Virus record (IMG/VR): IMGVR_UViG_2806310815_000005
DNA length: 64,000 bases
Source: an uncultured virus (IMG/VR IMGVR_UViG_2806310815_000005)
Lineage: Duplodnaviria; Heunggongvirae; Uroviricota; Caudoviricetes
Reading direction: 5' to 3' (one strand)
Below, one piece after another: positions 43,301 through 54,760 of the stretch. Each line of letters begins with the position of its first letter. The first letter of the stretch is position 1. Both the position numbers and the translations under genes were made by a program. The notes beneath the pieces were generated by a model. That model was given only the letters and a program-made list of their open reading frames with translations. It did not search any database and was not told where the DNA came from.

Positions 43301-45445
43301 CTGTCATATCATCTTCGCTAACACCATCATAAGCTGAGGGTGTTTCAAACTGAAAATACTCATACTTCTCTTTATACTTCCCCAACTGAATAACAGAATC
43401 TTCTTTATGGTTGTACCCTATCATATTTGTATAGTATTCAAAGAACTTTTCACCTTTAACAGGAGCTTCTACTCTAAACTTGGTTAAATACACCCCCTCT
43501 TTTAAATCTGAGAAATCTTGTATCGCAAGAGGCATTTGAAAATAATCTTTATAAAGTTTTTCTGATTCGCTCCAACCTTGGATTTGGTATTTAAACTTTT
43601 CTCTTAGTTTTTTAATTACAGCCGCCATTAAATTTCTTTCACCACTCCCTTTCTTAAAATCTTTGTAGTAGGAAATGCCTATTTTAATAATTCTGCTGCA
43701 ATGTCCTCTATTTACAACTTCTGCTTTATCAGCTAAAATCTTTTTTAGGCCTAAAAAGTTTTTTATTCTCCAATACAACCTTCTCATAGTTCTTCTCCGT
43801 ATAAATCTACCTCAACTAATCTACCTGCTACAGTAAAGTCATAATGTTTTGATAGTGTAATTAAATCTTTTTCAAAATCTTCTATTTCTTCTTGCGTTGC
43901 TTTTGTCGGGCAACTTATTACGTGCTTTAATTTAAAATATCTCATTTTATTTCCATTTTATTCTTAACTTCGGGGTATAGCCTTCCTCACCCTTGTAATC
44001 TTCTTTGCTTATAAAATAAGGCTTATTTTCATCAGACCAATAACCGTAGACTTCCCTGTCTTCCCAAATAATTAAGTTTTGACTCTTCATCTTGTATATA
44101 TCATCCCTTATACTATAAATATTAGGGTTATAAACACCGCTCTTTAGTTCTTCTCCATATAACGTAGAGAAATTTGCAACTTCATAAATAGGCTCTTTGT
44201 AAGTAATACCTCCATTCCACCAATAAGCATCCTGTATTAGGTTACTACCTATTCTCACTCTTTCCTCTAACTCTATACGCTTGGTAACACCACTTATATC
44301 TGCTAACCATTTTATAAAATTTCTCATTTTAGTAACTGTTCTAACACTTCTTTTCTCTTTTTATTATACTCTTCCTTAGTTATTTTCTCACCCTTCTCAC
44401 CTATCATATAATTCTCAACATCCCATAACAAATCTAAGCTAGTATCCTCATATTTTCTAGATATAATACCCCATTTTTCATCCTCAGTAAATAAAGTTTC
44501 TGCTTCAATGCTATACCAATCTAAATTATGACTCTCTTTTAATTTTATAATGACTTTTTGATATCTAATGTCTTCATCATAATCTATTAAATTGAAGTAA
44601 TATTCTCCATCTTCAATCTTGTGTTCTACAACTTTATTTATTGTCTCTGTTCTTTCTATTATCATTCTAATATTTTTAGGCTGTTTATAATATTCTCTAA
44701 TTCATATTCATACTGTATACAAGTAACATAACCACCGTTAATAAAAACTTCCATAGCAACTTCATCCCAATTATTATCTTCTAACTTTAACAAAAGAGGT
44801 TTAAGATAAAACTCATTAGAAAACATATGTTTAAATCCTAAATTCTTAAGTGTATTTTTAGTTATCTGAGGTAAGTCTAGTATTACCTCATCTACTTCAA
44901 AATCGTCGCTCAATAATTGAAAAAATTCATAATCAACTGCATATTGTTTGTTATCGTAACCTATATATTTAGTACCTAGTCTTAAATCTTTTAACTCTAC
45001 TTTCATTCTAAAATTAAATTTATTGTTTTTCCACTACTCACTTTAACCGAGCATTTTGTTTTACCTCGCTCTCTCATCTTATTTACTGCGTCAAATACCA
45101 CTTTCTGATCTTCTTTTGGTAAATCCAAAAACTCATACGCTATTATCGGGTCGGGATATATAACATTTCTTTGGTAAGATTGTAACACCCACTCAAAACA
45201 GTTGTTAAACATATCTATTGTGTCAAAAAATCCTTGTATTAGTCTCTTTTTCAATTTCCCTGCCCTGTATATCCGTTATAAAGGTCATTATACTCCCAAC
45301 ATTCTACTTCTACATCTAAAAAAGTACCTGTTCTACTGTCTCTCCAACGCAAATTACAATTTTCATCGTCATCTCTAAATAAAAACCGTTGTGAACCATC
45401 TTCTAATGTGGCGATTATATCTTTTCTGTTTTGTGGTAATTCCAT

Positions 45446-46459
45446 TTACTTTAAATGTTTATAAAATTCTACTATTACATCTACTGTCCAACCATTTCCG
45501 ATCATTTTAAACCTCTGTGTGTAACTTACTCCCTCTGTGTAATTGTCAGATAGGGTTTGTAGCCTTTCGCATTCAATGGGTGATAGTCTTCTACAATACT
45601 CTTCTATCACTCCATAAGGGACTCCTTTATACATATTTGCCGTAAGACAAGATGCTTTACCTTCTATCGGGTTAGAGTGATAAGTCCAACGAGGTTTACC
45701 GTTCCTCTCTCTGTTCATATAGTCAATAGCCTTATCTGATAATATAAGAGAGTCTTTCTGTACAGTTGTAAGTGCATTTGATTTTTCTGTGCCATTTAAC
45801 TCTAACCTTTGATAAGTACCCCCCTCTTTCTTATATCTACCTCTTTTAGCTGCTCCCCAATAAACTGTCTTATCTTCTACTATATCTTTTAAAAGTAATC
45901 CTTTATCTTCGGGTTCTACTACCCCTTCTATGTTTGTCCAATAAAATCTAGCCCTATTTTGTGCAGATACTAAATTACTGTTTATAAGATGCTTATTGAC
46001 TTTACCTAGTGCCTTTTCAGTATGAAATGTAATATACTCTTCAAATTCTCTCTTCATTCTTACGTTCTCCATAAGAAATTTAGCTTTTGGGTTGTGTTTT
46101 ATAACATTACTGATAATATCTAACATTGTCCAAAATAACATACCTCTTGGATCTCTATCTCCAAGCTGTTTTCCCGCTAAACTCCAACTTTGGCAAGGAA
46201 ATCCTCCTGATACTAGATCAATAGAACTCCAATCTATATCCCAATCCCTCCAATTAGTAACATCCCCTAATTGAATTGTGTTTGGATAATTTTTTTGAGC
46301 TATTTTTATTGCATATTTATCTATTTCGCTTGCAAAATAGTTGTCTACTTTTACTCCTGCTCTTTCTAAAGCTACTTGACCGCAACTCATCCCATCAAAG
46401 AGAGACAATACATTCATAATTATTAGTTTATACCTGCAAATATAAAACAAAAAACCCAA
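45446..46459 (-). CDS. dcm: C5 cytosine DNA methyltransferase (probable start MNVLSLFDG)
   Basis: Motif I SLFDGMSCG, motif IV GGFPCQ, motif VI ENV, motif VIII QNRAR, motif IX ECERLQT, motif X IGNGW. Confidence 0.9.
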   Translation of the reverse strand: MGFLFYICRYKLIIMNVLSLFDGMSCGQVALERAGVKVDNYFASEIDKYAIKIAQKNYPNTIQLGDVTNWRDWDIDWSSIDLVSGGFPCQSWSLAGKQLGDRDPRGMLFWTMLDIISNVIKHNPKAKFLMENVRMKREFEEYITFHTEKALGKVNKHLINSNLVSAQNRARFYWTNIEGVVEPEDKGLLLKDIVEDKTVYWGAAKRGRYKKEGGTYQRLELNGTEKSNALTTVQKDSLILSDKAIDYMNRERNGKPRWTYHSNPIEGKASCLTANMYKGVPYGVIEEYCRRLSPIECERLQTLSDNYTEGVSYTQRFKMIGNGWTVDVIVEFYKHLK

Positions 46460-46883
46460 CTAAACTAATAATTGGGGTAATTTTAGCAGTTATTTTAGTA
46501 TTCTGTTTCTAAATAGCCATTTACTGCTTGATAAACTACATCTTCATCTAATAGCTGTAATAAACCATCTTCTCCGTAGTAAACTGTATCTCCTTCCATC
46601 CACTCTTCCGCTAAATCTTCAAGTGTTAAGTTTACAAAATCTCTATTTGTTATGTGATAAAATCTTCTCATACTACTGTTTTTTCTGTTGTTAGTTCATC
46701 TTCGTCGCAAAATACCTCTCTATCAAATCCTAACCCTATCATATAACCCCATTTTTCATCACTAGCAGAATAAGTAGCTCTTAAAACTATCCCCACTTCA
46801 GACTCAGGGGTTATATGAAACACTTTTTGATATTTGGTGAATTTTGGGTCTTTGATTACCATTTTTGTACGTTTTTAAGCATA

Positions 46884-47207
46884 TTATTTTACTTGTGACC
46901 ACTGCTCAGGTGTAAAATATGCGTAAATTTGATGACTTTGAGCAATAACGTGATAATCTTCTCCTAACAAATCCTCTTCTGCGTGTCCATTAACGCTGTA
47001 CACTAAAATATCACCTACTTCTAGGTTTGGGACTTTCTCTTTTATGTTTTCTCCTATAATAAATACCTCTCCCGACACTAAATTACCTGTCGAAACTTGA
47101 TTTTCAGATTTTGCATCCTTTGGTATATAAATACCTGAGTCGGTTTTCTCTTTTCTTTTATGAGGCTTAACCCAAATTCTGTCTACACTATTAAATTTAC
47201 TCTTCAT
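46884..47207 (-). CDS. groES: GroES-like co-chaperonin
   Basis: DRIWVK...KTDSGIYIP...GEVFIIG...VGDILVY. Confidence 0.8.
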   Translation of the reverse strand: MKSKFNSVDRIWVKPHKRKEKTDSGIYIPKDAKSENQVSTGNLVSGEVFIIGENIKEKVPNLEVGDILVYSVNGHAEEDLLGEDYHVIAQSHQIYAYFTPEQWSQVK

Positions 47208-48110
47208 TTTTATAATCTTCTTTTGCGGCTTTTTGTGCCTCTAAATATTGTCTATTAAATTCTACTATGTCTTTTTCAAAATCCCCTGTCATATTATCAT
47301 ATTGTTGATTAAGCATACTCCAATCATTTAACATTTGATAAAGTTCAACGGCTTGTTTACTTATGTTATTTTTCTTTGACATACTCTAAAAGTTGTTCTT
47401 TTAAACTACTATATGATTCATTATCAACATCATCAGGAGTTCCACCTAAAGCAACAGTAATATTTTTATTATTAATGATAGCTTTTACACCGTAATTACC
47501 ATTAGAATAACTTACATAAGATAAGTAGGAGCAAGTTTTACCAAGCTCCCCTTTTAATTTATTTATATTCTGTTTGTGATACAGGGCTTTTATTTGCCAA
47601 GGTTGTTGTTGAGGTACATCTAAACCTGCTTTTCTTAAATCTACTATCTCTTGCTCCCCCATTAGTCTTCTACTTTTTGTAATTGCGGTTGTTGAAATTC
47701 TTTATACTTCTCAGCAAGTTCATCTAACTTAATACCATTGCCTTTATCTACATTTTTTATATGCCAGTCGTTTAAAATGCTTAGCATTTGCATAATTCTT
47801 TGACCTGTAGGAGAAACATATTCATCAGGTGTTGCAGACATAGTAGCATCTACATCAAAAACTCTTTGAGCTACATCTCTATTTTTGTCCGTGACTTTTT
47901 TAATCTCTTTTCCTGTTTTAGCATTTACATACTTAAATCTCAGTCTAGAACTTTGCTTAATATCATCATCTAGTACTTGTGACAGTAAAGATCTTAACAT
48001 ATCTAATGTTTGCCCATTAATTTCAAACTTAGCGTTGTTCTCAAATCCGTATTCTGCGTAATCTAATTCTTCTTTTTTATTTTCGCTCATTTATTCTGTG
48101 GTTTTTAATA

Positions 48111-48206
48111 AACTCTGTGTGTTGCAAGGCGACTCTATTCGAAGGGCATAAAAGGACTCTTTATTTTTACCTTTACTAGCTTAGGTGTTCCTACCGACAC
48201 AGAGTT
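48111..48206 (-). ncRNA. Candidate structured intergenic RNA
   Basis: Perfect 10-bp closing inverted repeat aactctgtgt / acacagagtt around a relatively GC-rich 76-nt core. Strand assumed from the flanking genes. Confidence 0.35.
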
Positions 48207-48579
48207 ATATTCTTATTAATTTTTCAAATTGTTTTTCTGCTATTAACCCTACTCTGCTTGGATGCGGATCGTGGTATAACTTACCCTTTTTATATATTAC
48301 AATATGATAAGTGCCTCTCACTGTATTACCTGAAACCAAATAATAGTCATCATTACTTAAATGACCATCGATAGATTTCAACTCATAACCTTCTTTTTCA
48401 AGGTAATCTATAAGCAGGTGATACCAACCCCCTTCATCTTCATAGTACTCCTGTATTTGTAAAACATCTTCTGGACTATCTTTATCCAGAAGACAAGCTA
48501 GTACTGTTGGTAAACAATTCCCTAGAGATTTCGGAGGATTGTGTAATCTTGTTTGGGTTAATTTTTTCATTATCAACTA

Positions 48580-49302
48580 TTAGCCAAAAGGTAAATCCGA
48601 CATATCATCGTCGTCATAATTACCCGCAGGTTCAAATGCTTCTTTTGGACTAGCTTTTGGAACTGATGTACTTGGTTTAGAAGTAGTATTTGTCTGAGAT
48701 TGTTCTTGACTGCCTTCCCACTTCAATCTTTCTGTCTGTTGCTCTAGTACGCCTAGTAAGTAATCGTCTTTCTTTTCTAAAGAGGAGGCAGAAGGTTTGT
48801 TTTTACTTAATTTTTTTACCCATTCGATAGCAGGAATATCTCCTTCTACTAACTTACCATTTTTATAATAAGCATTTGTCATTTCAGGTTTAATTTTTAC
48901 GCCGTCAACTTTAATCGAGATTCCAATTTTAGCATATTTCTCTCCGTCAGGGGTAAAATTATATCCTCGAACAGTGGTTAATTTACCTTTTTCTAGATGA
49001 GGTAAGATTTTAATTAGGCTTTCTGCGTAAGTAGCTACATTTCCACGCTGATCATATAAATCAACAGGTACATAATAAACCTCTTCTCCGTTTTTAATAT
49101 TCATAGAAATCTGCTGCCCAAAAGACCCATCATAAACTGAAACAGACTCTAGAATACCTTCTACTTCTTCATAATACTTTCTGTAAGAGGTGTTCCCCTT
49201 AGATGAGGTATGCTCTACATAATCCTCCTTTTTCTCTTTACTGTAATCAAAGAACTTACCGCTCCCAAATTCCAATTGCAAATAATTTTTGTTAATCGCC
49301 AT
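48580..49302 (-). CDS. Putative single-stranded DNA-binding protein
   Basis: Aromatic-rich core, low-complexity linker and acidic tail DDDDMSDLPFG. Confidence 0.55.
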   Translation of the reverse strand: MAINKNYLQLEFGSGKFFDYSKEKKEDYVEHTSSKGNTSYRKYYEEVEGILESVSVYDGSFGQQISMNIKNGEEVYYVPVDLYDQRGNVATYAESLIKILPHLEKGKLTTVRGYNFTPDGEKYAKIGISIKVDGVKIKPEMTNAYYKNGKLVEGDIPAIEWVKKLSKNKPSASSLEKKDDYLLGVLEQQTERLKWEGSQEQSQTNTTSKPSTSVPKASPKEAFEPAGNYDDDDMSDLPFG

Positions 49303-49837
49303 TTTTTATTTTATTGTTTAATTTTATTAATGCAAATATACTATTTATTTATCCACTATCCAACTAAAAAACCTAAAAAGAATGAAAAAATTAATAAAAA
49401 TCCTAAGATAACTAACCCTACCTTCAATTCTTTACTAATACCTTCTTCTTTTTTAGGGTTAAGCAGGTCTTCTATCTCTTCTATCGACTCTTCTACCATA
49501 ATAATTTTGCCATTTAGAAATTCAATCTCTGTGAAATCCTCTTCTTGTGTCATAGTAAAATATTCAGTAGAGTTAATAAGTATATCAACGTTATAACTAT
49601 AATAATCCTCCTCGCCAAATTTAACTTCTACACTCTCAGGTATATTTTCTTTAGTTTCAAGGTAATTACTGGGGTCTATCCCCATATCCTCATACCATTG
49701 TGCTGTTCTACCTTGCTCATCCCTTGGCTCATCTTTAATATCTAATTCTCTAAGTCTCTCTGCCTCTTTATATGCATTCTCTAGTCTTTGAGTAGCTTCG
49801 TCTGTTAAATCAGATCTGATTTCTGTTAGTTTTATAT

Positions 49838-50272
49838 TCATTTAACTGTTTTATTTCTTAAATACATTTCTAATCTTGCTATTGCGTTCCAAGCCTCTGC
49901 TACGTGATGATCTTCGTCTTTATCTTCACCTATACCTAAAGCGTGTCTAAATTGTGCATTCCCATACTCTTCTTCTGCGTTTTCTACTCTTGAAAAATTC
50001 TGCCAATCTTCATCATACTCTTTATACTTTTCGTGGCCATATAAAGACCGTAAAGATAAAGCTTCGATAGCATTTTTCATTTGTTTACAGAAAGTAAATA
50101 TAGGCGCTTTTGGTTTGTCTTGTGATTCTTTTTTACCTATAAGGTAATTTCTAAAACCACTATTAACTTCGTTTACAAGTGTCTTTCTAGATTGCACTTC
50201 TTCAGGACTAAATACCTCTATGTTTTTAATATTCCCTTGCTCCCAAAAAGTATGCGTTACATTATCTTCCAT
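49838..50272 (-). CDS. dATP/dGTP diphosphohydrolase-like protein
   Basis: YGHEKY....W.N...Y.NA..RH...HHVAEAWNAIARLE pattern. Confidence 0.5.
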   Translation of the reverse strand: MEDNVTHTFWEQGNIKNIEVFSPEEVQSRKTLVNEVNSGFRNYLIGKKESQDKPKAPIFTFCKQMKNAIEALSLRSLYGHEKYKEYDEDWQNFSRVENAEEEYGNAQFRHALGIGEDKDEDHHVAEAWNAIARLEMYLRNKTVK

Positions 50273-50273
50273 A

Positions 50274-50927
50274 TTACTTTAAATACTCTATAATTTTATT
50301 TATACAATCGTTTCTATGGTTTTCTGTAAGTTCTACCCATCCTACAAGCCCTGAATCTCTTAATTTTTCAATAGTGTAATAACAAGAACTACTATTTATA
50401 GATTTATGTATTTGCTCTTTACTAAGAGTAAAAATCATTTTACTATCTTTTCCTAAACGAGTCAACACCTCTACAAATTCTTTGTATGTAAGATCTTCTG
50501 CCTCATCAATAAGCATAATATCACTATTTATAGTATTCCCTTTAATCTTCCCTATATACTGAATCTTTAAGGTATCTTCCTTCAACATTTTCTCTGTTGT
50601 ACTTTTTGCTTGGCAAACATTAAAATTATCTAATATTGGCTGCATTTCTAAAGCTAGCTTCTCATTTACCGAACCAGGGAGAGCCCCCAGACCTTTATCT
50701 GGTATATAAGGTCTAGAAATTATTATACTGTTAAACTCTTTCTTTCTAAACTCTTTTATTGCAGCCCCTACAGCACCTGCGGTTTTACCTGTGCCCCATA
50801 AACCTTCTACAAAAACTACATCATATTCATAAAGTAACTCTGTTACTTTTTTTTGTTCGGGGGTAAGGTTGATATTCAACCTAGGTTCTGTTTTTAATTT
50901 TCTCTTTTCTTTGTTTGTTTTTGGCAT
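50274..50927 (-). CDS. phoH: PhoH-like ATPase
   Basis: GLWGTGKT, ISRP, LGALPG, KGNT, IDEAEDL, LTRLG, ENHR. Confidence 0.88.
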   Translation of the reverse strand: MPKTNKEKRKLKTEPRLNINLTPEQKKVTELLYEYDVVFVEGLWGTGKTAGAVGAAIKEFRKKEFNSIIISRPYIPDKGLGALPGSVNEKLALEMQPILDNFNVCQAKSTTEKMLKEDTLKIQYIGKIKGNTINSDIMLIDEAEDLTYKEFVEVLTRLGKDSKMIFTLSKEQIHKSINSSSCYYTIEKLRDSGLVGWVELTENHRNDCINKIIEYLK

Positions 50928-51044
50928 ATTTTAGTCTATAAATTTAAATCGTTTACCTCCTGTTTGATTTCTTTCTCCTCTACAAACTCTTCCTATATTT
51001 ACTTTCTCCATACAAAGGTAATAAGTTTCTATATTTTTTATGCA

Positions 51045-51353
51045 CTATAGCGTATACTCTTCTTCAGTTAGTAGTTCTTTATCTTTTAGTTCCTTTAATA
51101 ATTTTATTCTATCGTCAAAACTGTTTGCTTCTTTAATCACTTGTTTTTCTTTTAAAACTTCGGGCGAGTTTTGTATTCTATAATTATTTATACCCAACAG
51201 AATTAATATTGAAATCCATTGTAAGGGTGGGAAAATAATACAGATTAGTAAAAATGCTTTTTGAGCTTTAGTAAATTTATCCGACTGATAAACATATAAT
51301 GAAGAAGCTATGACTCCGCCAACTATTAATCCAACTCCAATACTTTTATCCAT
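51045..51353 (-). CDS. Membrane protein with a C-terminal SHOCT-like segment (appears truncated)
   Basis: Two hydrophobic helices, then IKLLKELKDKELLTEEEY. Confidence 0.5.
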   Translation of the reverse strand: MDKSIGVGLIVGGVIASSLYVYQSDKFTKAQKAFLLICIIFPPLQWISILILLGINNYRIQNSPEVLKEKQVIKEANSFDDRIKLLKELKDKELLTEEEYTL

Positions 51354-51408
51354 TAATCTTAATTTTCTCTAAAAATAGTTATATTTAACAAATTCTAAAA
51401 TTTATATT

Positions 51409-51639
51409 ATGGCATTAGAAGTAATCACAAAACCTGCTCAAATTACCGAAGATATGAGTCTCTATCTAAAAATAAGTATAGAGACCTCTAATAAACATAT
51501 CGAACAAATGGCGGCAGATTTAAGAAAATCTCCTATCAATAATTTAGACCCAAAAGACGGTAGAAAAGCTATAATTACATTATCCGTAAACGAAAAAACT
51601 GGGTCAATTGAACAAAATAGGGAGTTTATACTTCCATAG
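51409..51639 (+). CDS. Hypothetical protein, counter-oriented in the cassette locus
   Basis: ORF track, 76 aa; leader tttatattATG shared with the ORF at 52049. Confidence 0.55.
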   Translation: MALEVITKPAQITEDMSLYLKISIETSNKHIEQMAADLRKSPINNLDPKDGRKAIITLSVNEKTGSIEQNREFILP

Positions 51640-51847
51640 GTTGTTTAATAAACGTATCTATCATTCCGTGAGCCATTTTCTCATATGTTCTTATTTCATA
51701 TCCATTTTGTTGACACATTTTAATTGCGGAAAGTAGCTTCCCTATTTCCTGCGTTGTTGGTTTTGAAATTTCTAAATAATTTTTATTAGGTTTAATCCAA
51801 TAATCTAATTGTTTTTCTACACTCATTGTTGTTTTTGCATTTCTCAC
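51626..51847 (-). CDS. Hypothetical cassette ORF (probable start MSVEKQ)
   Basis: ORF track; begins just after the G|TT core on the minus strand. Confidence 0.5.
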   Translation of the reverse strand: MRNAKTTMSVEKQLDYWIKPNKNYLEISKPTTQEIGKLLSAIKMCQQNGYEIRTYEKMAHGMIDTFIKQPMEV

Positions 51848-51981
51848 AACGTGTTTGTATATGAAAAGTAACGTGTTGATTTGCGTTATTTTTCAGCCGT
51901 TGTTGTTTGTTGCGTGATAAACTTTTCTCTCGGGTTATCACTTGCCGAAGTTATTTTTTATATACGGTGTTGTACGTAGGC
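51843..51981 (-). repeat. attC-like site, reverse polarity
   Basis: Plus strand: CTCACAAC-gtgttt-GTATATGAAAAGTAAC ... GTTATTTTTTATATAC-ggt-GTTGTACGTAGGC. Confidence 0.75.
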
Positions 51982-52048
51982 TTTTTATTTTCAGATTGTT
52001 GTTTATCAGTCCAAATATTTTTCTAAATTAGTCAAAAACTTTTATATT

Positions 52049-52264
52049 ATGTCAAACATAAAATTACACTCGATAGTAAAACTGAAAGCTGAACCTAATT
52101 CGGGTGAAATGGTTGTCGAAGATATCAAATCATCTTATCGTAACTTTCCACACGCTACATCTGAAAATCCTGTTGTATTCGTTAAATTTTGGAATCCTAA
52201 AACGCACAATTACGAGTTTGCTCAATTCTACTCACAAGTCCTTATAGTTGTTGATAAAGAGTAA
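52049..52264 (+). CDS. Small YodC/DUF2158-like protein inside a cassette
   Basis: IVKLK....EMVVE...V.V.FW......F....L pattern. Confidence 0.5.
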   Translation: MSNIKLHSIVKLKAEPNSGEMVVEDIKSSYRNFPHATSENPVVFVKFWNPKTHNYEFAQFYSQVLIVVDKE

Positions 52265-52408
52265 ACTTTTTCTCTTTCCATTAAGTCAGTTACGTAATCA
52301 TACATCATTTTAAAACTTGTTACGTTGTCAGTTTTATTCAGTATTGTTTTTATTATGTAACTGATTGTTTCTTTTTCTAATTTTTGTTCTGTGTTCATAC
52401 GTTTTTTA

Positions 52409-52467
52409 GCTTACGTACAACGTGTTTGTATATGGCGCGTTTTAATGCGTTATATACTCTGTTGTGC
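52409..52467 (-). repeat. Short attC-like site, reverse polarity
   Basis: Plus strand: GCTTACGTACAAC-gtgttt-GTATATGGCGCGT-ttta-ATGCGTTATATAC-tct-GTTGTGC. The core is complementary at 12 of 13 positions to GTTGTACGTAGGC at 51969. Confidence 0.8.
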
Positions 52468-52705
52468 TGATTAATATTATACAAATATAAAACAAATATT
52501 TTTATAATCCAAATTTTTTATCTAAAAACTGAAAAATAATTTGCTCGGCATATCCTGAAGGTACTCCTCTATACATCATACACCATTTAGAAAATAATTG
52601 TTCAAATTGATCTATATCTTTGACTTTACCGCCCATTTCTAAGTAATACATAAACAGAGGATTTTCTTTTGTTTTTAGTATTCTATATTCACCTCTTGTC
52701 AAAAT

Positions 52706-53083
52706 TTATTTTTTAAGGGATTTTTTATAAACATCTGTTTTTACTTTATGACAGGGTTTACATAACACTTGAAATCCGTCTACCTCACAAAAAAGTCTTT
52801 CAACAAAATCAGGTAAATCCTCTTTACATTTTAAAGATCCTGCTTCTACAATATGATCCACCTGTATATTTTTATCAGGAAACCATTTTTTACAGTGGTT
52901 ACATTGGTATTCCCATTTTTGTCTTTTATTTTTTCCTTTATAAACTCTTCTTGCTAATTTTTTTGCTTCTGCAACAGGTTTCCACCATCTTGACTTTTGT
53001 CTTAATGCTGATCTTATCATACCCCAAAATCCTGCCGAGGTCATAGTTCCGTTATTATAAGGTTTTGGTTTTTTTACTCCCAT
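52706..53083 (-). CDS. HNH endonuclease
   Basis: CNHC...VDHI...QVLCKPCHKVKT. Confidence 0.8.
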   Translation of the reverse strand: MGVKKPKPYNNGTMTSAGFWGMIRSALRQKSRWWKPVAEAKKLARRVYKGKNKRQKWEYQCNHCKKWFPDKNIQVDHIVEAGSLKCKEDLPDFVERLFCEVDGFQVLCKPCHKVKTDVYKKSLKK

Positions 53084-53257
53084 TTATTGTTTAATTTTAA
53101 CCACTCTACTAGGTTATTTTTATTTTTTCTATAATAATCTTTTTTGTATTGTTTTGCGCAGTCTTTGCAGTAATATCATAATCCGTCTGGTTCTTTACTA
53201 CTCTTGTGAAATAAATCTATACTTTTATATTTACCGCATTTAGTACATTCCTTTTTT

Positions 53258-54277
53258 CTAGGCATCTAAATGTACTTTTAGGATTATATCTGCTAAAGAT
53301 TCTGCAAGATCTATATTTTCAGATAAAAACTGTTTTGCATCATCTTTACCTTTTCCAATTAAAACGTGGTATTTACTTTTTTCAGGGTCATTTTCAAAAG
53401 ACTCGTCATAATAATAAGCGTGACCTTTTTTATATAATACTCCACAAGCTAATCCGTAATCTCTAACTTCCTGCGCTAAAGAAATACCTGAACCGTGCTC
53501 CATATCATAATGACCCTCTTTATATGGAGGGTATGTTTTGTTTTTCTCAACCCTAATCCAACCTTGATTTGTAAAAGTACCGTCTTTGTTATCTACTTTA
53601 GAACCTCGCATTACTTTAATCATTATGGAAGCATAGAATTTAGGTGCGTGTCCTGCGGGAGTTGTAACTCCACCTCCGTACCCTCCAATCTTATCTCTAA
53701 TTTGATTAATCCAAATACCTGTAACTTTATTTTTACCTGTAAGACCATTAGTTTGTTTAAACATATTCCCAATAGCCTGCGCGTGTTTTCCAATATTTGA
53801 TGCATCAGATTCGTTCTCAATTACACTTAAAGGCATAAGTGCGGCAATACTATCTACTATATAAGCTCCTATTGCATTTTTCTCTAATAAGTATTTTAAT
53901 ACAGGGGCTGCTTGTGCAATATGATCGGGCTGAATAATAATCATTCTGTCCTCGTCTGCTCCTAATTTAACCGCATACTGCTTATCAAAGGCATATTCCG
54001 CATCGATAATTAGTATAGCTCTTGTGTCATCAGTCTTAAAAAACTGAGCAACAGCCATTAGAGCAATAGTAGTCTTACCTGAACTCTCTGCTCCGTAAAT
54101 CACTGTGTTCCTTCCAATAGGAAAGCCTCCTCCTGTGCATATATCATAAGTCAAGCTGCCTGTTCTAAGTCTAGGTATTTCCAACCCTTCAGAAGAGCTT
54201 GCAATTTGTACAGGGGATTCTGTTTTTAACTCTTTATTTAAGCCTTTTACTAATTCTAATAATTCTTTATCTTTCAT
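53258..54277 (-). CDS. recA: RecA/UvsX recombinase
   Basis: TGSLTYDICTGGGFPIGR, GAESSGKTT, IDAEYA, VDSIAAL, INQIR, KFYAS, KNKT.PP. Confidence 0.93.
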   Translation of the reverse strand: MKDKELLELVKGLNKELKTESPVQIASSSEGLEIPRLRTGSLTYDICTGGGFPIGRNTVIYGAESSGKTTIALMAVAQFFKTDDTRAILIIDAEYAFDKQYAVKLGADEDRMIIIQPDHIAQAAPVLKYLLEKNAIGAYIVDSIAALMPLSVIENESDASNIGKHAQAIGNMFKQTNGLTGKNKVTGIWINQIRDKIGGYGGGVTTPAGHAPKFYASIMIKVMRGSKVDNKDGTFTNQGWIRVEKNKTYPPYKEGHYDMEHGSGISLAQEVRDYGLACGVLYKKGHAYYYDESFENDPEKSKYHVLIGKGKDDAKQFLSENIDLAESLADIILKVHLDA

Positions 54278-54760
54278 TTATTTCTGTGAATTTTCATACT
54301 CCTTTTTAGCTGTGGATAGGCTTTGTACTATTGATTGAAAAGTTGTATCATATCTATCGTACATAAGTTCCACTTTAATCATAAACTCTTTGATATCTTC
54401 CATAAGAGCGATTCTATCTGTATAGTACTTTGATTTATAGACTAAATCACCTGCGGCAGTTACTTTTACACCTTCATCTAATAAAGCCTCTAATGCTTCT
54501 GCCTTTACTCTTTTTCTTACTTCATCTAAGTATACGTGTTGAGAGCCTTTGAATTTTTTCAGTGCAGCATAACTTACAGACAACATTTGCATTTGTGAGT
54601 CAAATGCTCTTTTTATACGTTCTAACTCATAAGGGTCATATATATCAGTCATATTGTGATACTCTGCTGCAAGTTTTTTTAACTTACCTAAACATTCATA
54701 TGCATTCTTATATGTACTTTCCGATAAAGGTACTAAATCACTTACTTTTAATTCGCTCAT
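54278..54760 (-). CDS. Helical protein next to recA, possible UvsY-like mediator
   Basis: Coiled-coil character and position only. Confidence 0.3.
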   Translation of the reverse strand: MSELKVSDLVPLSESTYKNAYECLGKLKKLAAEYHNMTDIYDPYELERIKRAFDSQMQMLSVSYAALKKFKGSQHVYLDEVRKRVKAEALEALLDEGVKVTAAGDLVYKSKYYTDRIALMEDIKEFMIKVELMYDRYDTTFQSIVQSLSTAKKEYENSQK

